Assembly: GCA_977017575.1 (NCBI GenBank)
Contig: CDRNVI010000019.1
Span: 310,001 to 374,000, forward strand
From: Paramoeba atlantica
Taxonomy: Eukaryota; Protista; Discosea
Reading direction: 5' to 3'
Length of the DNA: 64,000 nt
The notes beneath the pieces were generated by a model. It saw only the letters and a list, made by a program, of their open reading frames with translations, ran no database searches and had not been told where the DNA came from. Of this stretch, positions 1 to 11,107 are shown one piece after another. The position numbers were made by a program, and so were the translations under genes. Numbering within the stretch: the first letter of the stretch is position 1; each line of letters opens with the position of its first letter.

Positions 1-411
1 GGAGTTTCTGATTATCCCCTCGTCTAAAGGTTCTTCAAAATCAGGAAATAAGGTTCCACACAGTTTCTGTTCAGTTCGTGATGACTCAATAACAATTCTT
101 GCATCGAATGGGATAGGAGACGAAATAAATTCGGGCGTGTTGTCCAGCGCATATGCCATTTCTGTATGGTCCGAATCAATAGCGGTGTACCGCGCGATAT
201 TAACCATTTGCGTTGTATCGCATCCCCTTTTACATTCTCTTGCTTTGTAAGCGCGCATCAGCAGTCTAAATTGTGGGAGTGTAAGTGATGGATGGACGTC
301 AACCACCCAGCCGTGTAGTGCTCGGCAAGCTGTATATCGAGCTCGCTTTAAAAATATGTTTGGTATCTGACTACAGCCATACATTGTTCCCAAAAAAACG
401 GCGCCGTACAT
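1..411 (-). CDS. Hypothetical protein, 5' part only (runs off the window)
   Basis: Read by hand: ATG at 411, then 137 open codons to position 1 (MYGAVFLGTMYGCSQIPNIFLKRARY...). Same strand as all other host genes. No family recognised. Confidence 0.55.
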   Translation of the reverse strand, partial: MYGAVFLGTMYGCSQIPNIFLKRARYTACRALHGWVVDVHPSLTLPQFRLLMRAYKARECKRGCDTTQMVNIARYTAIDSDHTEMAYALDNTPEFISSPIPFDARIVIESSRTEQKLCGTLFPDFEEPLDEGIIRNS

Positions 412-830
412 GGCATAAGTAAGTGACTTCGTGTGAAATCTACTCCACCCTTCATAATCCAAATGAGGAGCTGTCATGAAGATTTATATAGGAAAATGAA
501 ATGAAATAGGAAAAATAGGAATGGGACGTTTTCGCCACGCAAAATTTATCGATCCAAACGAATTGAGGGGCTACGGGTGGGGATTGGGTGTGGTCTCGGC
601 GCCGTCTCGGAAATGAAAATTCCATGAATTTCTCCATGCAAATTTAGGAGAAAAGTTTAAAGGAAGAGAAAAACGCACTGCTGTTAGTAAGAAGGATGAA
701 AAAGATTTAGAAAAAGAAAGGAAAGCTAAAAGAGCACACCGAACGTAAAGTTTCGCCAACTTTTTTATCCATTCCCATCAAAATACAAACCGCGGTCTCG
801 TTGCGGTTATTATTGAAAAAGGTGAAATTA

Positions 831-1747
831 CCGTTAGTACCCCCTGACTTTGCACATTTTTCTGTTTTAGAAAATTTCTTGATGTGCAAAGTCACGGGGG
901 TATCAAAATTTCGAAAAAAGCTGAAAACTTAATTTTTTTTTGTAAAGGACATGTAAAAATTTAACCAGTCGTACAAATGTAAATTGCATTGTTTACTTTC
1001 TGTCATTTTCAACAATGCTATGAATGTCTACAATAGTATGGAAGCGTATGCACCGATCGAAACTTCTACTATTTTAAATCAACTGAAAGATTGTCTAAGC
1101 CGAGTTAACTTTGTTGGTACTGGATACAGCATTGCCCACATTGATTGTCCACAACAACGAATTGGTGATAATGGGTCTGCACTTCATGTCGTCAACAACA
1201 TGTATCGTACGCTTTTTAAGCGTACCAGTGATATTATTTCTCGTAAGGATGTATCAGAAACTTGGACGCCACTGTTATAATAATTGATACATGTTGAATG
1301 TTTAATTTTTGTAATATTGTTTAATTCTGTAATACTTATTTCGATTAGCCTTCGATTTTTTTGTTTGTTAATATTCGTACGTCCAGAGCTGTGTCTTGTA
1401 GTTCTTCTTTGTATCTGAGATATTTTCCACTGTTTTTTTTCTCAGTGTAGAACAATAACAGATTTTTTTTGAGTCCACAGCAACGGTTTACATCATTATT
1501 GCGCATTATGTATTTGTATTTATTCGTATACACGTTCCGTAGGCTCTTTTCGTATTTTCTTTCCTGCTACATCAATGACCCACGAAGAATATGCGAGGAA
1601 ACATTTATGCGCGGAAGATCTCACCCCTTTTCACCCCTTCTTTTTTACCCCCTCAACCCACCTTCATGACTTTGCACACCCCCTGACTTTGCACAAAAAC
1701 CTGATTTTTCGCTGTTTTCGTCGTGCAAAGTCAGGGGGTACTAACGG
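831..1747. mobile_element. TA-flanked non-autonomous TIR element (Tc1/mariner-IS630-like MITE), 917 bp
   Basis: Perfect 25-bp TIRs: CCGTTAGTACCCCCTGACTTTGCAC (831-855) and its reverse complement (1723-1747). TA on both sides (829-830, 1748-1749). Extra internal copies of the TIR core at ~884-900 and ~1668-1694. Confidence 0.85.
984..1280 (+). CDS. Ulp1/C48 cysteine-protease-like fragment inside the TIR element, probably degenerate
   Basis: HCLLSVI..NVYNS resembles the Ulp1 HWxLxVI..YDS motif and CPQQRIGDNG resembles PQQxNxxDCG. The listed start is TTG and the frame is open from 957. Motif-level similarity only. Confidence 0.4.
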   Translation: MHCLLSVIFNNAMNVYNSMEAYAPIETSTILNQLKDCLSRVNFVGTGYSIAHIDCPQQRIGDNGSALHVVNNMYRTLFKRTSDIISRKDVSETWTPLL

Positions 1748-1871
1748 TACGTCCATGTACTTCCAGATGCTGCCAGAGAATGGCAGCAACCGCCAGATAC
1801 CGCCAGGTACTGCGGCGTCCAGGTACTGACTGGAAAATTTGTATCCAGGACTATTCATCTGGAACCTATTA

Positions 1872-2162
1872 CCGTATACCTCCCCCCAGTAAGAGAATGG
1901 GTTTTGGGTCGAAATGGCCAAATCTCTCTTACTGGGGGGGTATGCTTTTTTGGCCAGTTTCCTCTTTTCTCCCAACTTTTTTGACTATTTTTTCTTCTGA
2001 AAACGTGTTAAAACGCTTCTTTGGGTTACCCCCGAGGCCCCCAACATGCAGACACCCACCCCCTACCCCCTATACGCCCCCTGTGGGGCTCCCGAGCCAA
2101 ATCTCTCTTACTGGGGGTCAGCCTCAAAAGGGCTAAATCTCTCTTACTGGGGGGGTATACGG
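1872..2162. mobile_element. TA-flanked MITE, 291 bp
   Basis: TA|CCGTATACCTCCCCCCAGTAAGAGA ... TCTCTTACTGGGGGGGTATACGG|TA. Internal copies of AAATCTCTCTTACTGGGGG at ~1919, ~2099 and ~2135. No coding capacity. Confidence 0.8.
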
Positions 2163-2284
2163 TAGGTCTAAAATCTAGAATAGATAGCCGCGACCTCCGA
2201 TTGCCGCGACCTCTGATATTACGAGTGGTAACAATATCTAAGTTCCAGAGAAAATATGCAGCAGTATTGACAAGTTAGCAACCT

Positions 2285-3598
2285 TCACGGACATGTTGGA
2301 TTGCACTCATCCAAGTCCCTCATTGAAAGAATACAATCCTGATATACCTTTCTCATGCTTGGCGTGTCACTAGGAGAGAGATACCAGTCCACTGCAGCCT
2401 CACCCAGCGTTACATTCCCAATGCGTAAAGTGCGCCACGTATTGTCTTTTTTTCCCTCACAATGCGTAATACATGAGGTGAGAAAACCACCGTTACCGGT
2501 CGCGTTCGTAAAGGCGGGATTTGTCAGTATAGTGTTCAAAAATAATTTTTGATAGTTAACAAAGGGTTGGAACTTTGATACAGGACAATAGTTTAGGTTC
2601 ATACCGCAGTGTTCGTACCCATAGACCGCACTGCAATTTCCATTGACGTCGTAGTCTTGTTGCAGTACCGGCATGGCGGTAAGAATGCAATCTCGAGAAT
2701 AACTATCCATTGATGAATTCAGCACGAAAGTCCGCACTTTGGTGTAAGCGAAACTGTGCTCCGCGAAATTACATTTCCATTCTTCGTTCGTACTAGAGTA
2801 CGCAGCGATACAATGTGGGTTAAGGCCACCGCGCGCATTCGATAATTCGTAAATGGAGCGCATTTGGTCCTCAAATACATTCATCCCGTAAGTATTAGGG
2901 GCCTGTAGAAAAAATCCCGAAATGGGAAACGCGTGCACACTTTTTACGGAAGGAATATGTTCTTGTAGCCAGTCAACCACAGAATCACTTTGAAGGTACG
3001 TGCTGAGCCCACCAGCGGAGCACCCGGTGATAATAATTCGTTCAGCGGTCTTGAAAGAGGTGGTTTCACGTAGGTGGTGCAGTACCGCTTCCTTGATTTT
3101 CTTTCCGTGAAAGTATAGTGGACGACCGTGTACATTAATAGGTTCTGTTCTGTCCCCAGCGAAGCTGTTGCCGTCACAATATTTCATATACACAAGATTG
3201 AAAGTCGAAAAATAGTTCGACTTATCTCGTGAAAGAAGACCGCCAAATAAATCAGGAAGAGATGACGGGTAGGATTTACTGCTCCCCAGATCTTCGAAGC
3301 TGCGCCCATAGCAGTCTTCCTTGTTGTAGCACCACCCTCCTCCTTCAAAGTACAGAATCCAGTCATTAGTAGGTGGAGTCAGTGTACGAAGATAATAGGC
3401 CGCCGGTGTACCGTCCAAGCACCTTCCCTTCGTATCGGATGGTAGTCTATGTAAAATGAGCTCTCCCTCTTCATGAAAAGACTCTGTTGTATCGGCTAAA
3501 GGGTCTTGGATTTGAGCCTGGGGTACGGCAATGCAGACAAGTATTTGAATTCGGAATGTTATGCATAAAAGACCTATGAGCAAATCTATGGCTGACAT
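2285..3598 (-). CDS. Pectin acetylesterase / Notum-like secreted carboxylesterase
   Basis: CLDGTPAAYY, FEGGGWC, YCDG and the GCSAGG nucleophile motif; hydrophobic N-terminal signal; Cys-rich C-terminus. Confidence 0.9.
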   Translation of the reverse strand: MSAIDLLIGLLCITFRIQILVCIAVPQAQIQDPLADTTESFHEEGELILHRLPSDTKGRCLDGTPAAYYLRTLTPPTNDWILYFEGGGWCYNKEDCYGRSFEDLGSSKSYPSSLPDLFGGLLSRDKSNYFSTFNLVYMKYCDGNSFAGDRTEPINVHGRPLYFHGKKIKEAVLHHLRETTSFKTAERIIITGCSAGGLSTYLQSDSVVDWLQEHIPSVKSVHAFPISGFFLQAPNTYGMNVFEDQMRSIYELSNARGGLNPHCIAAYSSTNEEWKCNFAEHSFAYTKVRTFVLNSSMDSYSRDCILTAMPVLQQDYDVNGNCSAVYGYEHCGMNLNYCPVSKFQPFVNYQKLFLNTILTNPAFTNATGNGGFLTSCITHCEGKKDNTWRTLRIGNVTLGEAAVDWYLSPSDTPSMRKVYQDCILSMRDLDECNPTCP

Positions 3599-3750
3599 GA
3601 GGTTAAAATTAGTTCGAGACTACTATATGCGAAAAAATCAAAGTATGCATACTGTACAATGAAATGTATAGTGCTCCTATAGATGGGACAAATTTTGACA
3701 TCACTCTGGCAAAAAACAACACTGATCTCGCTCATGCAGTATGAAAATTA

Positions 3751-5182
3751 GGTTAATGGGGTGATATATTGTAGTCATTTTGGGGAAACGTTGAGAAGCA
3801 AATATATAACATGACATCTCCCTCAGAATACATTGTATTTATGCGTGAAACAAGATTTGGCTTATTTCATTTCTTTTTTTTTCCACTAAATGGCCTCCTG
3901 TTCGTGCTCGGATATGCGTTGTGTTCTCAAGTGGAAAAACGATGGCCCAATTCCATTCGAGCAATTCGAGAAATTTCTTATAAGCCATGGTATTGTGAAG
4001 TCCGAAACTTGTCGCAGGCATGGGGGTACAGAGTGTGCAGAGAGACGCTTTGAAAACATTTGCTGGAAACGATGGAAGAAGGGGAGTTGTCGAAAACGTC
4101 TATCACTGCTGTATCCCTACATGTCTTGCAAACAAAAGAAAAGAAAGCAGAAATTCTCTTTTTGGGTAAAACTGTGTCAAGGTGTTCCAATGAGCTCAAT
4201 TGCTTCGCAATGCGAAGTTGACCGGAAAACTGCATTTACATGGAAAAAAAAGCTCTTAGATGCAGTTTATCGGTACATGAAGTATCGGAACTCCAAGATA
4301 CAGTACTCGCGTTGTCAGGTTGACGAGACTTATTTATGGAGCCGGAAGTACAACCGCGGACGAAGAACTCGTAAGAAACCAACGTGGGTATTGACTCTTA
4401 CGGAAGTTGCAAGGAACGGTAAATCGGTAAGCACGGTGTGGTTACACGTAAAAAATCGAAATAAGGAAACCTTGCAGCAGGCGATCAGGAAGCACACATT
4501 GGACAGCCAACGTACCATAGTAACTACAGACGGGTGGAAAGGATACTCGAACGTTATTGCATTTCGCGATCACCGCACTGTGAACCATTCTAGTAAAGGA
4601 AAGTTTAAGTTTGTAACTGCTGATGGAACTCACACCAACAACGCGGAGTCATGTCATTCAGCAGTGACGCGGGCTATACGTAAACAAGGTAGGTTATCGA
4701 TGTCGTTGAGAGAGTCTAAGCGGACGGTGGCGTTGTTTACCTTATTTTTTAAAAAGCCGTCTTGGCAAGAGAAGTTACAAGTACTGTTATGTGCGTTTAA
4801 AGTAGCTCGAGACATGGGGACAGAAAGTGATAGTGAAAGCGAGTCGGAAGAAGATGAAGTGGAAAGCGAGTTTGAACACGACAAAATGGAAGAAGAAGAA
4901 GAAGAAGACTCTAGTGAGTCGCTTGTTGATGAAAGTGAAGATGAAGATTGGAAGTTCATACAAAGATTGCAGTTATAATCAAAATCGGTGTATTTCTTCA
5001 ATCAGGATATGTATTTGTATCAGGATCTGTATTTCTTTTGAGACAAGGAATGGAAAATATAGGGAAATAACATCTAGCATATCGAAAAACCGCATTTCAT
5101 ATTTCGAAAAAATGAGTAATAGTCCTTTCATGCACTTTCGCAAATTTCCGAAAAATGACTACAATATAAGTCATCTGTAGCC
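3751..5182 (+). mobile_element. Merlin (IS1595/ISXO2-like) DNA transposon, full length, 1432 bp
   Basis: 8-bp TSD GAAAATTA at 3743-3750 and 5183-5190. Ends are GG...CC. Inner 16-bp perfect inverted repeat ATATTGTAGTCATTTT with a degenerate outer 15 bp. Encloses an ISXO2-type transposase. Confidence 0.92.
3890..4978 (+). CDS. Merlin/ISXO2-like DDE transposase, uninterrupted
   Basis: QVDETY, TTDGWKGY, HRTVNHS and THTNNAES (D-D-E); Cys-rich N-terminus; acidic C-terminal tail. Confidence 0.9.
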   Translation: MASCSCSDMRCVLKWKNDGPIPFEQFEKFLISHGIVKSETCRRHGGTECAERRFENICWKRWKKGSCRKRLSLLYPYMSCKQKKRKQKFSFWVKLCQGVPMSSIASQCEVDRKTAFTWKKKLLDAVYRYMKYRNSKIQYSRCQVDETYLWSRKYNRGRRTRKKPTWVLTLTEVARNGKSVSTVWLHVKNRNKETLQQAIRKHTLDSQRTIVTTDGWKGYSNVIAFRDHRTVNHSSKGKFKFVTADGTHTNNAESCHSAVTRAIRKQGRLSMSLRESKRTVALFTLFFKKPSWQEKLQVLLCAFKVARDMGTESDSESESEEDEVESEFEHDKMEEEEEEDSSESLVDESEDEDWKFIQRLQL

Positions 5183-5614
5183 GAAAATTATATACCTCTT
5201 CCAGCGTAGACTACCAATCTCTCCGTAGCTGAGTATTTAATCTCGACGTAAGAACATTGTTAATACATTGAAAAAAAGGCATCAGCAAAGTGGAAAATGA
5301 GGTACAATTACCAAACTTTATAAGGAATGATATTTCGTGACGCTACTTAAGTCATGATAAACTATTATTTCCGACTGTAATAAGATTCTATAAAAGAAAG
5401 TTTTATGTGTAAAACTGTGAAAGTTGCATGTTTATTTTAAATATCGAAGGAAGCAATGATTCAGCATGCAAAAAAGGGCATGCAATTCAACATTCTCTAG
5501 GACGACAAAGAACTAAACATTTCAATATATCCATAACGCTTTCTTTCCCTTTAATTTGCTGCAACCATTATAGTAAATAAGCAATACATGGGTATACGTC
5601 CCTGCGTGAGGGAA

Positions 5615-6214
5615 TTAGTTCACTGCCTTAAAATACTCCTGTGAGCCTACCGGATCAGCCTTCATGGTACGTTTTCCGGGGGTCCATCCAGCTGGACAAA
5701 CCTCCCCATGCTTGTCTGTAAACTGGAATGCCTGGACCAGACGCAGAGTCTCATCAACACTACGTCCCACCGGGAGATCATTCACGGTGGATTGCCGCAG
5801 GATTCCGTTTCCATCAATAATGAAAAGTCCGCGCAGCGCGACGCCAGCCTCCGGACCTTGTTGCACAAGAACGCCGTAGTCAATTGCGAGCTGTTTGGAG
5901 ACATCCGCGAGCAGAGGAATGTTAAGCTTTCCTACCCCTCCCTTGGCTCGATCGGTGTTGGTCCAAGCCAGGTGACTGAACACACTGTCCACACTGCACG
6001 CCAGCACGTGACAATCGATCTGATGAAACTCCGCCACGCGATCTGAGAAGGCCAGAATTTCCGTTGGGCACACAAACGTGAAATCCAGCGGGTAGAAAAA
6101 GAGAACCACGTACTTCCCCATGTAGTCCTGCAAAGAGACTTCCCGAAAAGTCCCATCGGGCATTACTGCTTGGGTGCGAAAAGCGGGGGCTGGTGCACGC
6201 ACTTGTACCGGCAT
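5615..6214 (-). CDS. Typical 2-Cys peroxiredoxin (tryparedoxin peroxidase-like)
   Basis: [14 protein letters not shown] and GEVCPAGW motifs. Likely start is the ATG at 6214 ([10 protein letters not shown]), not the ORF-track start at 6316. Confidence 0.95.
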   Translation of the reverse strand: MPVQVRAPAPAFRTQAVMPDGTFREVSLQDYMGKYVVLFFYPLDFTFVCPTEILAFSDRVAEFHQIDCHVLACSVDSVFSHLAWTNTDRAKGGVGKLNIPLLADVSKQLAIDYGVLVQQGPEAGVALRGLFIIDGNGILRQSTVNDLPVGRSVDETLRLVQAFQFTDKHGEVCPAGWTPGKRTMKADPVGSQEYFKAVN

Positions 6215-6712
6215 TGATAGGCTAACTAAAGAAAAATGGCAGAGAAAAATAGAAAAATAACTGGATTCATCTACAACAGGAGTATCTCTAAAAGATACAA
6301 TTTTACCACATCGCAAGAGAAATCATCGTCGAGTGTACCGATAAAATACAACCATCTAGAGCGCATTCCCTAGATTGCGAATAATAGATTTATGCTCCGT
6401 ATTTTCCCAAAGAAACAAGATTGATTCAACACATCTCTGAATGCGTTGCTCTCTAGTGCTATAATAAATGACGTGAACAAAAATTTCTACATGTCTTTCC
6501 CATAAATGTATGTAGCGCAATGTAACACGATTTCTGCAACATTATTACTAACGTGACCATGTAAGACTAAAAGCATTATTTCCATATTTCTAAAAGAATG
6601 ACCCGATATATTCTTACTGCGACCACTCATTTTGCCCAAACCTTTAGAAAACGATATTTGACTATGAAAAACGTTTCGTGGCTACCCTATCCACATCTCC
6701 TTACCCAAACGC

Positions 6713-8065
6713 CTAATACTCGTCCATGTCATCCCCTTCCATATCCGCCGAGTCCGCCCCAACCTCCTCATAATCCCGCTCCAACGCCGCAAGATCCTCC
6801 CGGGCCTCACTAAACTCCCCTTCCTCCATCCCCTCACTCACATACCAGTGCACAAACGCTCGTTTCGCATACATCAAATCAAACTTATGATCAATCCGCG
6901 CAAACACCTCCGCGATCGCGGTTGTGTTCGCAATCATACACACCGCCCGCTGCACACGCGCCAAATCCCCCCCGGGCACCACCGTCGGGGGCTGGTAGTT
7001 AATCCCACACTTAAACCCCGTGGGACACCAGTCCACAAACTGGATCGTTCGTTTGGTCTTGATCGTGGCCACCGCCGCGTTCACGTCCTTCGGGACCACA
7101 TCCCCGCGGTACATCAGACAGGCCGCCATGTACTTCCCGTGGCGCGGGTCGCACTTCGCCATCATACTCGCGGGCTCGAACACGCTGTTGGTGATCTCAT
7201 GTACACTTAACTGCTCGTGGTAGGCCTTCGCGGCACTCACCACGGGGGCGTAACTCGATAGGACGAAATGGATCCGGGGGTAGGGGACCAGGTTGGTCTG
7301 GAACTCGGTGACATCGACGTTGAGGGCGCCATCGAAGCGTAGGGAGGCGGTAAGGGAGGAGATCACTTGGGCGACTAGACGGTTGACATTGGTGTAGTTC
7401 GGTCGGTCAATGTCGAGGTTGCGTCGGGCAATGTCGTAGATGGCCTCGTTGTCGAGCATAACGGCGACGTCGGTGTGCTCGAGGAGGGAGTGGGTGGAGA
7501 GGATACTGTTGTAGGGCTCCACGACGGCGGTGGAGACTTGGGGGGAGGGGTAGATGGTGAAACCCATTTTGCTTTTCTTGCCGTAGTCCACGGAGAGACG
7601 CTCGAGGAGGAGGGCGCCGAGACCGGAACCGGTGCCCCCACCGACGGCGTGGAACACGAGGAAGCCTTGGAGACCGGTGCAGTTGTCGGCGAGTTTGCGG
7701 ATGCGGTCGAGGCAGAGATCGACGATTTCTTTGCCGATGGTGTAGTGGCCACGGGCGTAGTTGTTCGCGGCGTCTTCCTTGCCGGAGAGGAGCTGCTCGG
7801 GGTGGAACAGTTCGCGGTAGGGACCGGAGCGGATCTCATCGACCACAGTGGGCTCAAGGTCCACGAACAAGGCTCGGGGAACGTGACGACCGGCGCCGGT
7901 TTCAGCAAAGAAGGTGTTGAAGGCGTCGTCCTCAACGACGGCGCCAGATTCTTGGGGCATGGTGCCATCGGGGTTGATGCCGTGCTCCAGGCAGTAGAGT
8001 TCCCAGCAGGCATTTCCGGTCTGGACACCGGCTTGGCCGAGATGGATGGAGATCACTTCACGCAT
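6713..8065 (-). CDS. TUBA: Alpha-tubulin
   Basis: MREVISIH start, GGGTGSG motif, acidic C-terminus ending EY; 450 aa, no introns. Confidence 0.99.
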   Translation of the reverse strand: MREVISIHLGQAGVQTGNACWELYCLEHGINPDGTMPQESGAVVEDDAFNTFFAETGAGRHVPRALFVDLEPTVVDEIRSGPYRELFHPEQLLSGKEDAANNYARGHYTIGKEIVDLCLDRIRKLADNCTGLQGFLVFHAVGGGTGSGLGALLLERLSVDYGKKSKMGFTIYPSPQVSTAVVEPYNSILSTHSLLEHTDVAVMLDNEAIYDIARRNLDIDRPNYTNVNRLVAQVISSLTASLRFDGALNVDVTEFQTNLVPYPRIHFVLSSYAPVVSAAKAYHEQLSVHEITNSVFEPASMMAKCDPRHGKYMAACLMYRGDVVPKDVNAAVATIKTKRTIQFVDWCPTGFKCGINYQPPTVVPGGDLARVQRAVCMIANTTAIAEVFARIDHKFDLMYAKRAFVHWYVSEGMEEGEFSEAREDLAALERDYEEVGADSADMEGDDMDEY

Positions 8066-8435
8066 TGAAAAAAGGGTTTGAGAAAAAGGAGGAAAGAGAA
8101 GATATATAGGAAAGTTAGATAGCGGTTAGGATGTAATGATAAAGGCATACTATAACAATTATCGATCCGTACATAGCCTTAGTTGTATTCCGACGGATTG
8201 CAAAACCCTACGAACGTCCCAGATACCGATCTTAATGATATCGTTTCTCTACTGAAGACCACCTTAAGACGTTCATATAGTTTCTTTTGAGGTTCCAGAG
8301 TTCAATTAGAAAGCAATAACTCTTAAACAACGGCCGATGCCCATGATCTTCAACACTTGTACCTCTCTCAAATTAGCAAAAAAAAGTTCAAAATAGCAAC
8401 AAAAAATTGAAGTTTTCGGTCTTGTGTTGTATCAT

Positions 8436-10364
8436 TTAAAGATCTTCCATATCATCGCTCTCCTGATAGACACGCTGTACGATTGGATTCGTAACACTCT
8501 GTACGCTTTCAAGTTTTTCTTCGTACTCATCCTTGTCGGCGTCAGGGTTTTCATCAAGCCATTCAATGCCGTCGTTCACGGCGTCCATGATGGTTTTCTT
8601 CTCATCATTGCTTAGCTTTTTCGCAAGCTTGTCTTCGTCCTTCACTTGGTTTTTCAGGTTGTAAAGAACGCCTTCCAGTTTGTTGCGCGCCTCAATGCGT
8701 TCGCGAACCTGCTTATCTTGGTCGCCAAATTCTTCCGCCTCGCGGACCATGCGCTCAATTTCTTCCTGACTAAGGCGGCCTTTGTCGTTCGTAATGGTGA
8801 TTTTTTCCTCCCGATTCGTGGACTTGTCCATGGCGCTCACTTGCATAATACCATTCTCATCGACGTCAAAGGTAACCTCGATCTGGGGAACTCCTCGCGG
8901 GGCAGGTGGGATGTCACTAAGGTCGAATTTGCCCAATTGACGGTTATCTTTCGTCATCGCGCGTTCACCCTCGTAGACGACGATTGAAACTGTCTCCTGG
9001 TTATCTGCGGCTGTGCTAAACACTTGACTCTTTTTCGCGGGGATAGGCGTATTACGTTCGACAAGCTTGGTCATCACACCTCCAACGGTTTCAATGCCCA
9101 GAGATAACGGTATGACGTCCACAAGCAGGACTTTGTTCTCGACGTCGCTCTCACCACAGAGAACGGCACCTTGCACCGCGGCACCATACGCCACAGCCTC
9201 ATCGGGATTGATGCCACTGTTGAGTTCCTTGCCATTGAAGAAGTCCTTCAATAACTGCTGAACTTTCGGGATACGAGTGGATCCCCCAACCAGAACGATG
9301 TCCTCAATATCGGTTTTCTTCAATTTGGCGTCAGATAATACTGCTTCCACAGGCTTTAGAGTTCCTTTGAAAAGATCCATGTTGAGCTCTTCAAATTTGG
9401 CTCGCGTGAGTTTTTCAGAAAAGTCGTACCCTTCGGTCAGTCCGTCCACTTCAAGTTGAGCCTCCGGTTGAGAGGACAATTGTCGCTTCGCTGCTTCACA
9501 CGCCTTACGTAGCCGCGCTAGGGCCTTCTGATCTTTGCTGATATCTGTGCTACGCTTCTTTTTGATCATGTCTACGAAGTACTTCATCAGGCGGTTGTCA
9601 AAGTCTTCACCTCCTAAATGGGTATCCCCATTCGTAGCAACGACCTCAAAGAAACCGTCATCGATTGTAAGAAGCGAGACATCAAATGTTCCACCGCCTA
9701 AGTCGAACACAAGAATGTTACGTTCGCCTTTCTTGTTCAAACCGTAGGCAATGGCCGCAGCCGTGGGCTCGTTGATGATACGGGCCACATTGAGGCCAGC
9801 AATAGTACCCGCATCCTTAGTGGACTGGCGTTGGGCATCGTTGAAGTAAGCAGGAACAGTGACCACAGCATTTCGCACAGGTTGTCCCAAATACCCTTCC
9901 GCGATTTCCTTCATCTTGGTTAAGATCATGGCGCTAATTTCCTCTGGGGTAAATGCTTTTTTCTCGCCTTTGTAGGAAACTTGTACGCGTGGCTCACTGT
10001 GCTGAGAGACAATTTCAAAGGATAGCAGTTTTTTGTCGTACTGAACGGTCTTGTCCGCGTACTTACGCCCGATAAGCCGCTTAATGGTGTAGACTGTGTT
10101 CTCGGGATTCTGTGGTAATTGATTTTTAGCGCCATCCCCGATCAACCGTTCACTTTCAGTAAAGCCGACCACAGAGGGTGTGATTCGATTTCCCATCTCA
10201 TTTGGAATAATCTGGACCTCACCGTTTTTCCACACACCGACAACGGAATAGGTTGTTCCGAGATCGATGCCCACCACAGGACACTCGAGCTTTTTGCTGT
10301 CGCCGTCGCGCTGTGTTGTAAACCCAATGCCCAGTAACAGGGTGTAGAAAAGGGCAGTCCACAT
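8436..10364 (-). CDS. BiP: ER luminal Hsp70 (BiP/GRP78)
   Basis: [19 protein letters not shown] and other Hsp70 motifs. Signal peptide from the ATG at 10364 ([12 protein letters not shown]). C-terminal MEDL retention-like signal. Confidence 0.97.
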   Translation of the reverse strand: MWTALFYTLLLGIGFTTQRDGDSKKLECPVVGIDLGTTYSVVGVWKNGEVQIIPNEMGNRITPSVVGFTESERLIGDGAKNQLPQNPENTVYTIKRLIGRKYADKTVQYDKKLLSFEIVSQHSEPRVQVSYKGEKKAFTPEEISAMILTKMKEIAEGYLGQPVRNAVVTVPAYFNDAQRQSTKDAGTIAGLNVARIINEPTAAAIAYGLNKKGERNILVFDLGGGTFDVSLLTIDDGFFEVVATNGDTHLGGEDFDNRLMKYFVDMIKKKRSTDISKDQKALARLRKACEAAKRQLSSQPEAQLEVDGLTEGYDFSEKLTRAKFEELNMDLFKGTLKPVEAVLSDAKLKKTDIEDIVLVGGSTRIPKVQQLLKDFFNGKELNSGINPDEAVAYGAAVQGAVLCGESDVENKVLLVDVIPLSLGIETVGGVMTKLVERNTPIPAKKSQVFSTAADNQETVSIVVYEGERAMTKDNRQLGKFDLSDIPPAPRGVPQIEVTFDVDENGIMQVSAMDKSTNREEKITITNDKGRLSQEEIERMVREAEEFGDQDKQVRERIEARNKLEGVLYNLKNQVKDEDKLAKKLSNDEKKTIMDAVNDGIEWLDENPDADKDEYEEKLESVQSVTNPIVQRVYQESDDMEDL

Positions 10365-10657
10365 GAACAAGATATATTTTAGTGAAGAACTGGCAAGTCT
10401 TCTGAAAGAAAATACAAAATTAATTCTTCTGAAAGAGATTACAAATCTACAATGCATTTGAGACACTCCGGTATCATTTATCACTCCGGTATCACGAACG
10501 TTGTGAACGTACGTGCTGCTGTGCGCTATATGAATAAATATAATTTTATAATGTACATATCAAACGAGGCACACAACAAGTTTCATGGCTACTAGAAACT
10601 GAACTAATCTCTGATTCGGCTACGATTAGTAAAATAGAGTTAATTTCAAGTTGTTGA

Positions 10658-11107
10658 CTAATTCCATTGCAAGGCAGCGTAAAATCCCGTCGCAAAACCT
10701 GCACTAGAAGGCAAGCCTGTGGTGAGGACCTTCATGAACTTTTTAAGCAGCATTCTGACATCTTGAAATGTGAATTTGCCATCACCATCTTGGTCAAGTA
10801 CACTTTCAATGTCGTGAAGGACGGTTTTCCACTTCACCTCGATATATCCCTTGTAATGTAATATCTGTAAGGCTATAAAACTTAGTCCTAAATAGTAAGC
10901 AGCTTCTTTGGAAAAACGCTTAGCTGCGTACCCACTGAGAGCTCCCAGTAGGGTTCCCATTGTAAATCGCTTTCCCACAGATCGTGCTAGTAGGCTTACT
11001 GTGGACACCGAAACATTGTTAGCGGTGGTTTCCAATGTTTCCTCAGGTTTCGCACTCTTCTGATTAGGGCGTTCGGACACCTCTTTTAATTCTATTTTAT
11101 CAGCCAT
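10658..11107 (-). CDS. FUN14: FUN14-family mitochondrial outer-membrane protein
   Basis: GxxxGxxSGYxxK..GxxFIALQxLxYxGYIxVxW pattern and C-terminal GFxTGF. Confidence 0.8.
   Translation of the reverse strand: MADKIELKEVSERPNQKSAKPEETLETTANNVSVSTVSLLARSVGKRFTMGTLLGALSGYAAKRFSKEAAYYLGLSFIALQILHYKGYIEVKWKTVLHDIESVLDQDGDGKFTFQDVRMLLKKFMKVLTTGLPSSAGFATGFYAALQWN

Noticed and set aside
60-70. ACAGTTTCTGT matches the core of the kinetoplastid spliced-leader exon
   Set aside because: Only 11 nt, antisense within a coding frame, with no AACTAA start, no TTG/GTATG donor and no repeat context.
2176-2186. AGAATAGATAG occurs after the 1872 MITE and again near 35934
   Set aside because: An 11-bp AT-rich match with no flanking similarity; chance is plausible.
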